Shown piece after piece: positions 47,468-57,918 of a stretch of DNA of 64,000 bases. The notes beneath the pieces are model-generated. The model made no database searches, was not told the origin of the DNA, and saw only the letters and a list, made by a program, of their open reading frames with translations. Every line of letters begins with the position of its first letter. Position 1 is the stretch's first letter. Position numbers and translations under genes: made by a program. This DNA comes from Candidatus Eiseniibacteriota bacterium. GTDB taxonomy: Bacteria; Eisenbacteria; RBG-16-71-46; CAIMUX01; VGJL01. The stretch is taken from assembly GCA_041946735.1 (NCBI GenBank), contig JBHGAY010000010.1:75530-139529 (forward strand), in the 5' to 3' direction.

Positions 47468-49764
47468 GCGAAGCGGAGAGGAACCTCCCCGAGGAGATCT
47501 TCAACGATGCGCTCGAGCTCCCGAGCGAGGAACGCGTCCGGTTCCTCGAGCGCGCCTGCGCGGGGGACCCCCGGCTGCGCGAGGAAGTCGAGTCCTTGCT
47601 TCGCATCGCGGAGGACGATCCCTCTCTTCTCGCATTCCCCGAGCCGGCGCCGTCGGATGGCGAACCGTTGCCCGAGAAGATCGGCCGCTACCCGGTCCTC
47701 GACCGGTGCGGCGAAGGAGGGATGGGAGTCGTCTACCGCGCCGAGGATCCGCTGCTCGGACGCGCCGTCGCGCTGAAAGTCCTTTCCGTCCCGGGACTCC
47801 TGGCCCGACTCGACTCGACCGCCGGGCGCAAGGCCCGCGAGCGGCTCGAGCGCGAGGCGCGCCTGCTCGCGGCGTTGAACCATCCGAACCTGGCCACGAT
47901 CCACGCGCTCGAGTACGTCGGCGGGTCGCCGGTGCTCGTGATGGAGTTCGTCGAGGGACGGACGCTTCAGGAGATCCTCTCCTCGGGAGAGGCGACCGCA
48001 GAGGAACGGTTGCGCATCTGCCGCGGGATCGCGCAAGGGATCGGAGCGGCGCACGAGCGGGACATCGTCCATCGGGATCTCAAGCCGGCAAACGTGATGG
48101 TCGGTCCGGGCGGAGTGATCAAGGTTCTCGACTTCGGGATCGCGGCCGTGGCGGAGCTTACGCTTTCGATGGCGGGGGAGGGAGCATGTTTTCCTGCCAA
48201 CGATCGAAGACCGCAAGCTCCCGGCCGTATCGGGCCGATCGGGGAGGGGACGGCCCGGGCGGGCACCCGAGGGTACATGAGCCCGGAGCAGCAGGCAGGA
48301 CATCCGGCCGATCTTCGTTCTGATCTGTGGGCCTTCGGGAGGATCATCTGCGACTGCTTCGAAGGTTCGGTGACGCGCGGTCCGGAGGGCCGGCCCGCCG
48401 TCCGCTTCGCCGGCCCCTCGCTTCCCGGCCGCGCGCTCCCCGGGCGTTCGCTGCCCGGCCGCGCGCGCCGCCGGCTCGAGCGGCTCGCTGCGCGTTGCCT
48501 CGAGGAGGATCCGACGCGACGTCCGGCGACGATGGCGGAGGCCGGGCGCGAGATCGACCGCGCGATCGACGAGGTTCGCCGCGCGCCGGCGATGCGCCGT
48601 CTCGCCCTTGTCGCGCCCGCTGCGTTGCTGATTCCCCTCGCCTTGCTCGGCGTGCGCCTGCGCGAGAGGGAGCATGAGCGTCCGATTCGGGCCATCGCTG
48701 CCGGGCGCACCGTCGAGACACACTACAAAGACGGCCGCGCCCGCGTCTTTCTTCCGCCCGACTCGGTCGCTCAAGCGCTCGACAGCGCTTACGTCGCGGC
48801 GACCGCGCGATCCCCCATCATCGTCGCGGTGACGGAGGAGCAGGAGGAGACGGACGACTTCCTGCTGTTCTGGGATGCCCATGGCAAACTGCTCCGCTGC
48901 ATCCCGTCGACCCGGGACACCCCCTTCGACGCCGTGGCCGAGGAAGGGTCGGAGCTCTACTGGCGGAAGTGGTATCGCTCGATCCATCCGCCGTCGAAGC
49001 GGCATGACACCTTCGACGTGACCGAGGGGGCTCACTACTACCCCTCCACGCTCCGCCGCTTCGCGATCGCGTCCTCCGAGATCGAGGAGACGTATCGCCT
49101 CTACCACGCGGGCCATGTCAACTCCATCGTCTACGCGCCGTCGTTCGACTCGACGGCGACGTGGCTCTGGATGACCGGCCGTGTGCGGGATGGTGGACTG
49201 CTGCGGGAGATCGCGGGCGGGGTGGAGCAGAACACGCACTTCCTCGCATGCTTCGAAGACTCCGCTCGCGGCACCGAGTACTTCCCCGCCTTCGCGCCAC
49301 CTTCGGCGGCGTTCCTCCACAACCATCCGGAGGGAGTGCGGCCGGCCGTGCCGATCCTCTACTTCGTGATCCGAGGCTTTCTCTCCGACGGCGACAGCAT
49401 CCTATGGGACAGGAGCCCTTCCATGCTGATCCACGAGGTGGTGCGCGCCGGGCCGCAAGATCTCGAGGTGCTGCTGATGGGCGCGATCCGCCTCGACCTT
49501 CATCGTCCGGGGACCGGAAGGGTCGAGGTGCAGGCGTCGACGAGCGGCCAGGCCCACCCCGCGATCGCGCGCAGGGCCCGGGCGCTCGGCGTGGACGCCG
49601 AGGAAGCGGTTCGCCGCTTCCTCGCGGACAGCGTCATCGTGCTCATCGCTTCGGCGCCGGGGCTCGAGGTCACGGGAGACTTCACGGACCGGCGTGGCGC
49701 TGTTCCGACCCAATGGAACGGGGCGCTCCCCGGCTGGACGGAGGATCGCCCCGTTTCTCGGTAG
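47464..49764 (+). CDS. Membrane-anchored Ser/Thr protein kinase with unknown extracytoplasmic domain
   Basis: ALELP.EER..FL..AC.GD..LR.EV N-terminal motif, GEGGMG, HRDLKPAN, DFG, GTRGYMSPEQ, one TM (LALVAPAALLIPLALLGV). Confidence 0.9.
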   Translation: MSEAERNLPEEIFNDALELPSEERVRFLERACAGDPRLREEVESLLRIAEDDPSLLAFPEPAPSDGEPLPEKIGRYPVLDRCGEGGMGVVYRAEDPLLGRAVALKVLSVPGLLARLDSTAGRKARERLEREARLLAALNHPNLATIHALEYVGGSPVLVMEFVEGRTLQEILSSGEATAEERLRICRGIAQGIGAAHERDIVHRDLKPANVMVGPGGVIKVLDFGIAAVAELTLSMAGEGACFPANDRRPQAPGRIGPIGEGTARAGTRGYMSPEQQAGHPADLRSDLWAFGRIICDCFEGSVTRGPEGRPAVRFAGPSLPGRALPGRSLPGRARRRLERLAARCLEEDPTRRPATMAEAGREIDRAIDEVRRAPAMRRLALVAPAALLIPLALLGVRLREREHERPIRAIAAGRTVETHYKDGRARVFLPPDSVAQALDSAYVAATARSPIIVAVTEEQEETDDFLLFWDAHGKLLRCIPSTRDTPFDAVAEEGSELYWRKWYRSIHPPSKRHDTFDVTEGAHYYPSTLRRFAIASSEIEETYRLYHAGHVNSIVYAPSFDSTATWLWMTGRVRDGGLLREIAGGVEQNTHFLACFEDSARGTEYFPAFAPPSAAFLHNHPEGVRPAVPILYFVIRGFLSDGDSILWDRSPSMLIHEVVRAGPQDLEVLLMGAIRLDLHRPGTGRVEVQASTSGQAHPAIARRARALGVDAEEAVRRFLADSVIVLIASAPGLEVTGDFTDRRGAVPTQWNGALPGWTEDRPVSR

Positions 49765-50240
49765 GTAGGTTCAAGGTTCGAACGGCGCCCCGATCGCGTC
49801 CGACGTGTCGTCTTCATGCTGCGCCTGCGGGACGAGGGCCGGGTGCACGGTACTTGGGCAGGCGCAACGAAGACGACGGCCGGGCTACATCGGGGGTGGC
49901 GGCGGGGCCTTGCGCCGCGCCCGCGCACCCGAAGCACCGCAGAGGAAAGCGCGAATCGGACCTGCGACCTGACATGCGTTCTTCGACCGCCGCGTATTGC
50001 CATCGCTTCTAGGAGCCTTACGGGAAGCCGGGCGGTGCTCGCGGGCGTTCCTCGCGGGGCGGTCGCCACGGGCGGTTGTCCCGGCGGTCGTCCCGTCGGT
50101 CGTCCCAGGCGGTCGCGGGGGCGGATTCCCGTAGCGGTTTCCGGGCTTGGGCCGCCGGATGCCCGTGGATCCTGCAGCCCCCCGCTGCTAGGCTTGCGGC
50201 CCGGGAACGAGACGCAGGAGCGCGAGGGGAGGGATGGCCG

Positions 50241-50939
50241 ATGCCGGAAGATCGGACACAGGAGGCGAAACGAAGGGCGGGGATCGCCGCGGCCCGCCTG
50301 GTGGCGAGCGGCCAGGTGGTCGGACTGGGGACCGGATCGACGGCCGCGGAGGCGATCGCCGAGCTGGGGCGCCGGGTGCGCGAGGAGGAGCTGTCGATCC
50401 GCGGGGTGCCGACCTCGTATCAGGCGGCGATCCTGGCGCGCGCGAACCGGATTCCTCTGACGACTCTCGACGACGTCGACCGCGTCCACGTGGCGATCGA
50501 CGGCGCGGACGAGGTCGATCCCGACAAGAACCTCATCAAGGGAGGTGGGGCCGCCCACACGCGGGAGAAGGTGATCGACTCGCTCGCGGAGCTGTTCGTG
50601 GTCGTCGTGGACGAGAAGAAGCTCGTGCGCCGTCTCGGCGAGGCGTGCCCCGTCCCGGTCGAGGTCATCCCGATGGCGCTCGCGCCGGTGCGCCGAGCGC
50701 TCGAGGCGCTCGGCGGCCGCCCCGAGCTGCGGCTCGGCGTGCGCAAGGACGGGCCGGTCGTGACCGACGAGGGCAACTGGATCCTGGACGTCTTCTTCCC
50801 CGGCGGCATCGGGGATCCGAGGCGCGTGGAACGCGACATCGACACGATCCCCGGCGTTCTCGAATGCGGGCTCTTCGTAGGAGTCGCCGACCGCATCCTG
50901 ATCGCATCCCCGGACAGCGACGAGGTCCGCGCGATCTGA
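50241..50939 (+). CDS. rpiA: Ribose-5-phosphate isomerase A
   Basis: [33 protein letters not shown]. Confidence 0.95.
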   Translation: MPEDRTQEAKRRAGIAAARLVASGQVVGLGTGSTAAEAIAELGRRVREEELSIRGVPTSYQAAILARANRIPLTTLDDVDRVHVAIDGADEVDPDKNLIKGGGAAHTREKVIDSLAELFVVVVDEKKLVRRLGEACPVPVEVIPMALAPVRRALEALGGRPELRLGVRKDGPVVTDEGNWILDVFFPGGIGDPRRVERDIDTIPGVLECGLFVGVADRILIASPDSDEVRAI

Positions 50940-50965
50940 TCCACGCCGGCCGCGGCGCGCGCAGC

Positions 50966-53734
50966 TCAGCGCAAGATCGTGATCCGGTCGAGCGCGGTCC
51001 GATTTCCCTCGCGCACGCGCAGCCAGTACACACCGCTGGGCAAAGGCCGCCCCGCGCGATCCTCGGCCCGCAGGACGAAGCTCTCCGCGGGGCCGGCCGG
51101 CCAGACGCCGCCGGCGACGCGACGGCCATCGAGCGAGACGATCTCCCAGACGACAGGCCCGCCCGTCCCGTGTGACCAAAGGACGGTGAATGGCCCGCGC
51201 CCCGGCATGGGGGCGACACGCAGAATCGGCGGCTTCAGTGACTCGCCGCCGGCCTCGGCCTCCGCCGTCACCAGGGCGACGACGGCGCTTCCCCCCTCGA
51301 TCGCCACGGAGCGGGCGAGTTCCGCGTGCCATCCATCGGGGCCGAGCGTCATGAGCCGCCGCCCGGATTCCTGCGCCCGAAGGACGGTTCCTTCCGCCGC
51401 GGCGACCTCGAACGGTCCGGCGGCCGCCGTGACCCCCTCCGGCAGCGCCGGCACGGGCCGCGCGACCGCAAGCCAGGCGAGCATGCTTCCCGCCTCGCCC
51501 TCGGCCTCGATCGGTCCGCCGTCCCACGCCCAGCTCGCCTGTCCTCGAGAGGAGAGCGGGATCGCCCAGATCTCGAGCGATCTCGTTCCGGCGTTCCCCC
51601 AGCGGTCGAGGCCGCGGATCGCGAGGGTGTACGCCTGCGGCTCGCCGCGCAGCACCACGCGCGTCCGGTAGAGGAACCCGGAGGAGTCGGCGAGGCGCGT
51701 GACGGCCGGCGCGCCGTCGACCGTCACGTCGATCGAGTCGCCGCGCAGCCGCTCCTCGGCCGTGATCGATACCTCGAGGTAGCGAGGAAGGTGGGGGATC
51801 GAGGTCACGCCGACCCAGAAGGCGGGCGCGCTCGTGTCGGGCGAGAGGCGCAGGATCGACGGGCCGGTCCCGCACGCGAGGTGGTCGGCGTCGAGCATCT
51901 GCAGGCCGCTGAGCGGGCGGTCGAGCGCGTTGATCTCGAGGTCGTAGCGATACGGCTCCCAGCTCCTCCCGCCGTCGGCCGTCTCGAGGATCGTCGCGGA
52001 GCGGCCGACGGCCCATCCGGAGCCGTCCTCGGCGATCGCGACCGCGAGGATCGTGTCGGGGGCGGCCGATTCGACGGGGGCGTTCCATGGTGGGGCGCCG
52101 TCCAGGAAGAGCAGCCGGTCGCCGGCCGCGCAGAGGGCGCCGTCGGCGGAGAAGGCGAGCGCCCGGATGCCGGCGGCGATGCCGGCAGGGATCGCGCCGC
52201 TCGACCAGCTTTGCCCGGCGTCGGAGGTGACCGACAACCGTCCCTCTATCGACAGGACCGCCGCGGTGGAGGCGCCGCGCGACGCGAACGCGACGATCGG
52301 CTCTTCCATCTCGAGGACGGTCGACCAGCGAGCCCCATCGTCGCCGCTCCGCAGGACTGTCGAGTCCCCGTAGGCCCACGCGGCTCCCGAATCGGAGAAC
52401 GCCCAGCCTCGCGCTCCGGCGAGCGCGGCATCCTCATCGATCGGATCCCAGTGGGCTCCGCGATCGAGAGAGTGGAAGGAGCGCGGACCGTCCGGTCCAT
52501 CGAACCGTAGCCAGACCTCGTGGTCCCCACGCGCCGCGATGTCGCGAAGGCGGGAGGCGTCGTCGGGAAGCGGCTGGCGGAAGTAGCTCGATCCGTCGAG
52601 GCTCAAGAGCAGTCCTTCGTCCTGCAGCCACGTCGTCCGGCTCGTCGCGAGGAGCAGTCCGTCGAAGGCGGTGCCGGAGATCTGCTGCCAGCTTGCCGCG
52701 CCGTCCTCGCTCTGGTGGATGCGCGGTCCGGCCGTCACGATCCTCCCTCGATCGTCCACGTCGACGTCGAGGAACAGGCCGGTGCCCGAAGCGCCGATCG
52801 TCCAGCTCACGCCGCCGTCCCGCGTGCTCAGCAGCGCGTCGCCGCAGGCGAGCGCGCCGGCGCCGTTCGTCCCGATCGCGATGGCGCGAGCGCGGGCCGC
52901 GTAAGGAGCGAGCGACGGATCGGCGAGCGCATCGCTCCAGCGGGACCACGAAGCGCCGCTGTCGGTCGACCGCCAGAGAGCCAGAGTCCCCGACTCGATC
53001 GCCATCAGGTCTCCGTCGAGGATGCGGTCGAGGAGAAAGCAGCGGAACGGAGCCGTGGTCCACCCGGACGAAGGGCCACCGAAGCGGACGCTGTCGTCCT
53101 CGCTCCGCACGAGGAACGTCCCGGCCGACGCGACGCCGATCCACTCGATCGCGCCGCCCTCGAGCGTGTCCTGCGCCGTCCAGGAATCGAGTTGATAGAG
53201 TTCCGACTCGGCCGCCCAGATTCTTCCCTCCCGCGTCCCGACCCAGGCCGTCCACTCGTCGACCGGCCGGACCGCGGAGGCGACTCCGACGGTATCGGGC
53301 ACACCGACGCCGCTCCATTTGCTGCCGTGGCCGTTCGCCCAGATCTGACCGTCCTCCGAGACCAGGTAGAGGTAGTCCCCGGCGCGGACGAGAGCGCGCA
53401 GGCTGTCGCCCGATACCGGGAGCCTGCTCTCGCGGCTGGGATCGGAGAACCAGATCGCGCGCCGGTCCTCGCCGCCCCCGAGGAGCGCGTACTCGCCCCC
53501 GGTCAGCATGCGTACGCGCGTGCCGTCGTACGAGGCGAAGGTGCGTATCGACCAGGTGCGGCCGCTCGCGCCGCTGGCGCCGCTCGCGCCGCTGGCGCCG
53601 CTGGCGCTGGTGCGGGCGACGCCGCTGGCGCTGGTGCCGCTGGTGCTGCCGCCGGCGACCGGGGAGGCGCCGGCGAAGAGGACGACGGCAAGCGCCGCAG
53701 CCAGCGCGCATCCTCGCGACACGCGGCGCGTCAT
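50966..53734 (-). CDS. Secreted YCF48/BNR-repeat beta-propeller protein with degenerate FlgD-like CTD
   Basis: Signal peptide, SGA repeats, many S/TxDxGxxW boxes, C-terminal DGRRV...EDRAGRPLPSGVYWLRV. Confidence 0.75.
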   Translation of the reverse strand: MTRRVSRGCALAAALAVVLFAGASPVAGGSTSGTSASGVARTSASGASGASGASGASGRTWSIRTFASYDGTRVRMLTGGEYALLGGGEDRRAIWFSDPSRESRLPVSGDSLRALVRAGDYLYLVSEDGQIWANGHGSKWSGVGVPDTVGVASAVRPVDEWTAWVGTREGRIWAAESELYQLDSWTAQDTLEGGAIEWIGVASAGTFLVRSEDDSVRFGGPSSGWTTAPFRCFLLDRILDGDLMAIESGTLALWRSTDSGASWSRWSDALADPSLAPYAARARAIAIGTNGAGALACGDALLSTRDGGVSWTIGASGTGLFLDVDVDDRGRIVTAGPRIHQSEDGAASWQQISGTAFDGLLLATSRTTWLQDEGLLLSLDGSSYFRQPLPDDASRLRDIAARGDHEVWLRFDGPDGPRSFHSLDRGAHWDPIDEDAALAGARGWAFSDSGAAWAYGDSTVLRSGDDGARWSTVLEMEEPIVAFASRGASTAAVLSIEGRLSVTSDAGQSWSSGAIPAGIAAGIRALAFSADGALCAAGDRLLFLDGAPPWNAPVESAAPDTILAVAIAEDGSGWAVGRSATILETADGGRSWEPYRYDLEINALDRPLSGLQMLDADHLACGTGPSILRLSPDTSAPAFWVGVTSIPHLPRYLEVSITAEERLRGDSIDVTVDGAPAVTRLADSSGFLYRTRVVLRGEPQAYTLAIRGLDRWGNAGTRSLEIWAIPLSSRGQASWAWDGGPIEAEGEAGSMLAWLAVARPVPALPEGVTAAAGPFEVAAAEGTVLRAQESGRRLMTLGPDGWHAELARSVAIEGGSAVVALVTAEAEAGGESLKPPILRVAPMPGRGPFTVLWSHGTGGPVVWEIVSLDGRRVAGGVWPAGPAESFVLRAEDRAGRPLPSGVYWLRVREGNRTALDRITILR

Positions 53735-54348
53735 ACCGTCCCCCGCAGCCGCATCAGCTCCTCGAACAGGCGCTCGCGGAAGTCGTAGGCGGTCAGGTCG
53801 ATCTCGATCGCCGGGTCGAAGGAGAGCAGCAGGTCGTAGCACTCCTGATAGCGCTGCATGTGGAATGCGGCAAGGGCGGCGATGTAGACGGCGTCGGGGT
53901 ACGCCACGTCCTCATCGCCCGCGAAGATGAAGGCGGGATCGTCGACGCGCATCGCCGCTTCGAAGGCGAGAGAGTCGATCCCGAGCCCCGAGGCGGCGAT
54001 CGCCAGGCCGATCCAGGCTTCGGGGGAGTCGTCGAGCGAACGTGCGATGTCCAGCGACGCGATCGCTTCGGCGAGACTGTCCGTCTCGATCTGGCACCAT
54101 CCGACTCCCAGATAACCTTCCGAGACGTCGGGAAAGAGGACGGAGACCCGGCCGAAGATCGCGCGGGCATCCGGATAGAGGCGCGCCCGGAACAGGTCCC
54201 ATCCCTCCTGCAGCATCGCCGCCCGGTCCGGCTCGGGCTCTTGAGGGGCGGGGCGACGCGATTCGTCCCCGCAGGAGGCGAGCAGCAGCAGGGACGTCGC
54301 GGGCAGGAGGAGCGCAAGCACGGCCAGCTGGAGGAACTTGCGGCGCAT
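53731..54348 (-). CDS. TPR-like lipoprotein
   Basis: Lipobox LLASC, helical repeats (EGW, GVGW). ATGA overlap with the downstream gene. Confidence 0.75.
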   Translation of the reverse strand: MRRKFLQLAVLALLLPATSLLLLASCGDESRRPAPQEPEPDRAAMLQEGWDLFRARLYPDARAIFGRVSVLFPDVSEGYLGVGWCQIETDSLAEAIASLDIARSLDDSPEAWIGLAIAASGLGIDSLAFEAAMRVDDPAFIFAGDEDVAYPDAVYIAALAAFHMQRYQECYDLLLSFDPAIEIDLTAYDFRERLFEELMRLRGTV

Positions 54349-54398
54349 CGTGATCTCCCTTCGTGCGCCGAGGATAGCACCGGGGAGCGCCGGAGGTA

Positions 54399-54483
54399 GC
54401 GCCGCCTCGGCCAGGAAGTAAGGCCGTCTCGCACCAGAAGTGGCGCCGCCTCGCCCAAGAAGGGCGCCGCCTCGCCCAAGAAG
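54399..54483. repeat. ~21-bp tandem repeat (2 perfect plus 2 degenerate copies) in a divergent promoter region
   Basis: ggcgccgcctcgcccaagaag x2, preceded by gcgccgcctcggccaggaag and ggccgtctcgcaccagaag. Confidence 0.75.
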
Positions 54484-54652
54484 AGGCGCGGCCGCGCACC
54501 AGATGGTCGCAGCGCCGGCCGCGGGCGGGAACCGGGACGCGGCCCTTCCGTTCTGCTAGAGTCACAGGCGATCGTGGGGCGGGGAGCGTATCCCGGACTC
54601 GAGGATGCCCGACCCCAGGGACTCGATAGAGAAGAAGAGGAGGTTCTGACCG

Positions 54653-55261
54653 ATGATGCGGAGGCTCTGGGCAGCGGCCCTCGTTTGCGCGTTTCTGATC
54701 CCCGCGATGGCATGGGGGCAGGAAGGGAAGGCGCCGGCGGCGGCAACGGCAACGGCAAAGGGGAAGACGATGGTGTTGATCGAGACGTCGATGGGGAACA
54801 TCAAGGTCGAGCTGAACGCCGACAAGGCGCCGGTCACCGTCACGAACTTCCTCAAGTACGTGAACGACGGCTACTACAACGGCACGATCTTCCACCGCGT
54901 GATCCCCGGCTTCATGATCCAGGGCGGCGGATTCACTCCGGACATGAAGCAGAAGGAAGCGACATACCCCGCGATCCAGCTCGAGTCGAAGAGCGGCCTG
55001 AAGAACGCGCGCGGCACGATCGCGATGGCTCGCACGTCCGACCCGAACTCGGCGACGAGCCAGTTCTTCATCAACGTCGTCGACAACGCCGGCCTCGACT
55101 ATCCCAAGCCCGACGGCAACGGCTACGCGGTCTTCGGCAAGGTGACCGAAGGGATGGACGTCGCCGACAAGATCGTCGCCGCGCCGACGACCACGATGGG
55201 CCCCTACCAGAACGTGCCGGTCGACCCGATCGTCATCAAGAGCGTGAAGGTCGTCTCCTAG
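54653..55261 (+). CDS. ppiA: Periplasmic cyclophilin-type peptidyl-prolyl isomerase
   Basis: [38 protein letters not shown], signal peptide. Confidence 0.93.
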   Translation: MMRRLWAAALVCAFLIPAMAWGQEGKAPAAATATAKGKTMVLIETSMGNIKVELNADKAPVTVTNFLKYVNDGYYNGTIFHRVIPGFMIQGGGFTPDMKQKEATYPAIQLESKSGLKNARGTIAMARTSDPNSATSQFFINVVDNAGLDYPKPDGNGYAVFGKVTEGMDVADKIVAAPTTTMGPYQNVPVDPIVIKSVKVVS

Positions 55262-55357
55262 GGTCTCCTAGCGAGGACCCGCCGGCCGCCCCGTCCGCGA
55301 CGCATGCGCCTTCGTGTCGCGAGCGGGCGGGAAGGCCGGGACGGCCGTGAAGGAATC

Positions 55358-55386
55358 GAAGGCCCCTGGGGATCCCGGGGGCCTTC
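55358..55386 (+). terminator. Terminator-like hairpin after the cyclophilin gene
   Basis: gaaggcccctggg-gat-cccgggggccttc. Confidence 0.45.
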
Positions 55387-55441
55387 TGCGCAACACGAAG
55401 AGAAGAAGCGCGAAAGGGAGCGGAAGGATGGGGGCAGCGCC

Positions 55442-56146
55442 GTGGAGCGCGTGATGCGGGTGCGGGCGGCGCCGCGAGGGGCCGCAAGTCTCCTCGCCCT
55501 CTACGAGGCGCTCCGCGAGGACCACGGCACGCTCGGCTGGTGGCCGGGGCGGACGCGCCTGGAGATCATCGTCGGCGCGATCCTCACGCAGAACACGGCC
55601 TGGACGAACGTGGAAAAGGCGATCGCGGCGCTGCGCGCCCGCGGCTGGCTCAAGCTCCCCGACTTGGCCCGCGTCCCCGAAGAGGATCTCGCGGCCGCGA
55701 TCCGCCCGTCCGGCTACTTCCGGCAGAAGGCGAAGAAGATCCGCGCGTTTCTGGAGGTGCTCGAGCGGCGTCATGGCGGGAGCCTGGCGCGGATGGCGCA
55801 GCGGCCGACGGACGAGTTGCGCGAGGAGCTGCTCGGAATCTGGGGGATCGGGCCGGAGACCGCCGACTCGATCCTGCTCTACGCATTCGGGCGGCCCGTG
55901 TTCGTCGTCGACGCCTACACCCACCGCCTGCTCCACCGCCACGACATGCATCCGGGCGGCGGGTACGAGCACGTCCGCGCGTGGTTTGGCAGCCAGATCC
56001 CCGAGAGCGCCGAGTTGTACAATGACTTCCATGCCCAGATCGTCTGGGTAGGGAAGGAACGGTGCCGCACGCGCCCGCGATGCGAAGGCTGCCCGCTCGA
56101 AAGGTTTCTGCCTGCTGGAGGTCCTCTGTTGGAGCGCGAGAAGTGA
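55442..56146 (+). CDS. Endonuclease III-related HhH-GPD protein (start approximate)
   Basis: GAILTQNTAW, IRPSGYFRQKA, GIGPETADSILLYA, VVDAYT, C-x5-CxxCP. Confidence 0.85.
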   Translation: MERVMRVRAAPRGAASLLALYEALREDHGTLGWWPGRTRLEIIVGAILTQNTAWTNVEKAIAALRARGWLKLPDLARVPEEDLAAAIRPSGYFRQKAKKIRAFLEVLERRHGGSLARMAQRPTDELREELLGIWGIGPETADSILLYAFGRPVFVVDAYTHRLLHRHDMHPGGGYEHVRAWFGSQIPESAELYNDFHAQIVWVGKERCRTRPRCEGCPLERFLPAGGPLLEREK

Positions 56147-57414
56147 TCTCCTTCGACGATGCTCTAGGGATCGTGCTTGGCTCCGCTCCACGGCCACGGG
56201 CGGAGACCGTCCCGCTCGCGTCGGCTCCCGGGCGGATCCTCGCCCGCGCCGTCCGGGCCGATCGCGACCTGCCCCCATTCGACCGTGCCGCTCTCGACGG
56301 CTACGCGTTCCGCCTCGCCGATGGGGAGCGCGAGTTCGGAGAGGAGCGGCAGCTCCCCGTCGCCGGCGAGGTCGCGGCGGGACAGCGCTACCGCCGCGCG
56401 CTTCGTCCCGGCAGCTGCGTCCGCATCTGGACCGGCGCTGCGACGCCGGCCGGCGCGCAGGGGATCGTCCCCGTCGAACGGTCGACGGAGACCGACGGCA
56501 TCGTGCGCCTTTCCGGCCCCGTCGAGATCGGCGGGCCGTCCCGCGCCGGGATCTGCGATCGCGGCGAAGATGCGCGGCGCGGCGCCGTCCTGCTCGAGAA
56601 GGGGCGACGGATCGGACCGGGAGAGGCGGCAATCCTGGCTGCCACCGGCCACGCGCAGGTCGCCGTGCACGCGCGACCGCGCATCTCGCTGCTGCTGACC
56701 GGCGCCGAGGTCGTGCCGCCCGGCGCGCGGCCGTCCGCCGAGCAGATCCGCTCGACGCACGGCGCGGTCCTCGGTTCGCTGTTGCGGGCGAGCGGACTCG
56801 GCGAAGCGCGCGAGCTCGGGATCGTCGGTGACAGCGAGGTGGCGCTGCGCCGCCGCATCGCGCGCGGTCTCGAGGAGAGCGATCTGCTGCTCATCACCGG
56901 CGGCGTGTCTGCCGGGCGTCTCGATCTCGTCCCCGGCGTCCTGCGCGCTCTCGGCGTGCGGATCCTCTTCCACAAGGTCGCGATCCGTCCCGGCAAACCG
57001 GTCCTCTTCGGAACCGGCCGGATGGCGAGCGGCGGGACGGTCCGCGTGTTCGGCCTGCCGGGCAATCCGGTCAGCGTGCTCGCGACGGCGGTCCTCTTCG
57101 TGCTGCCGTTCCTGCGCGCCTGGGAAGGAGACACGCCCGCGGCTCCGCTCACGGTTCGTCTCGATGAGCCGATCCGCCGCGGCGGTGGACTGCTGCACTT
57201 CGTGCCGTCGGCGCTGTCCGCCGCACCCGACGCGACGCTCCGCTGCCGCCCGCTTCCCTCGCACGGCAGCGGCGACTTCGTCTCCGCTTCGGGCGTGCGC
57301 GCGCTGCTCCGGGTGCCCGGCGATTCCGAGACGCGCCCGGAGGGATCGATTCTCACGGCCGTTCCCGTTCCGGTTCCGGGCCCACTTTCGATCTCCGTGC
57401 CGATATCTTCCTGA
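56143..57414 (+). CDS. moeA: Molybdopterin molybdotransferase
   Basis: PPFDRAALDGYA, RIWTGA, TGGVSAG..D, IRPGKP, GLPGNPVS. Confidence 0.9.
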   Translation: MISFDDALGIVLGSAPRPRAETVPLASAPGRILARAVRADRDLPPFDRAALDGYAFRLADGEREFGEERQLPVAGEVAAGQRYRRALRPGSCVRIWTGAATPAGAQGIVPVERSTETDGIVRLSGPVEIGGPSRAGICDRGEDARRGAVLLEKGRRIGPGEAAILAATGHAQVAVHARPRISLLLTGAEVVPPGARPSAEQIRSTHGAVLGSLLRASGLGEARELGIVGDSEVALRRRIARGLEESDLLLITGGVSAGRLDLVPGVLRALGVRILFHKVAIRPGKPVLFGTGRMASGGTVRVFGLPGNPVSVLATAVLFVLPFLRAWEGDTPAAPLTVRLDEPIRRGGGLLHFVPSALSAAPDATLRCRPLPSHGSGDFVSASGVRALLRVPGDSETRPEGSILTAVPVPVPGPLSISVPISS

Positions 57415-57432
57415 TCTTCCTGAGGAGGGACC

Positions 57433-57918
57433 ATGACGCTCGATCCTGGATTCACCCATCTCGGCCCGCGCGGCGCGCGCATGGTGGATGTCGGCGAGAA
57501 GGAGATCACCGGGCGCGGAGCGATCGCCCGGGCGCGCGTGCGCGTCGGGGAGAAGGCGGCTGCGGCGATCGAGGCCGACGAGGTCGCGAAGGGCCGCGTG
57601 TTCGACGTCGCCCGCCTGGCGGGCATCCAGGCGACGAAGCGGACCGCCGATCTGATCCCGCTCTGCCATCCCATTCCGATCGATCTCGCCTCCGTCGACC
57701 TCTCGCTCGAAGGCCGGCTCGTGCACGTTCGCGCGGAAGTGCGGGGCCACGCGCGCACCGGCATCGAGATGGAGGCGCTGACCGCCGCCGCCATCGCGGC
57801 TCTCACCGTCTACGACATGTGCAAGGCCCTCGACCGCGGCATCGTGATCGAGGCGGTCTACCTCGAGGAGAAGTGGGGGGGACGAAGCGGGCCGTATCGG
57901 CGACAGGATGTCGTGTAG
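57433..57918 (+). CDS. moaC: Cyclic pyranopterin monophosphate synthase
   Basis: MVDVGEK, LIPLCHP, TGIEMEAL, YDMCKA, K.GGRSG. Confidence 0.95.
   Translation: MTLDPGFTHLGPRGARMVDVGEKEITGRGAIARARVRVGEKAAAAIEADEVAKGRVFDVARLAGIQATKRTADLIPLCHPIPIDLASVDLSLEGRLVHVRAEVRGHARTGIEMEALTAAAIAALTVYDMCKALDRGIVIEAVYLEEKWGGRSGPYRRQDVV

Noticed and set aside
56062..56110. Missing fourth Fe-S cysteine in the endonuclease III-like protein
   Set aside because: Cluster motifs are variable in this HhH-GPD subfamily, so this is not evidence of novelty.
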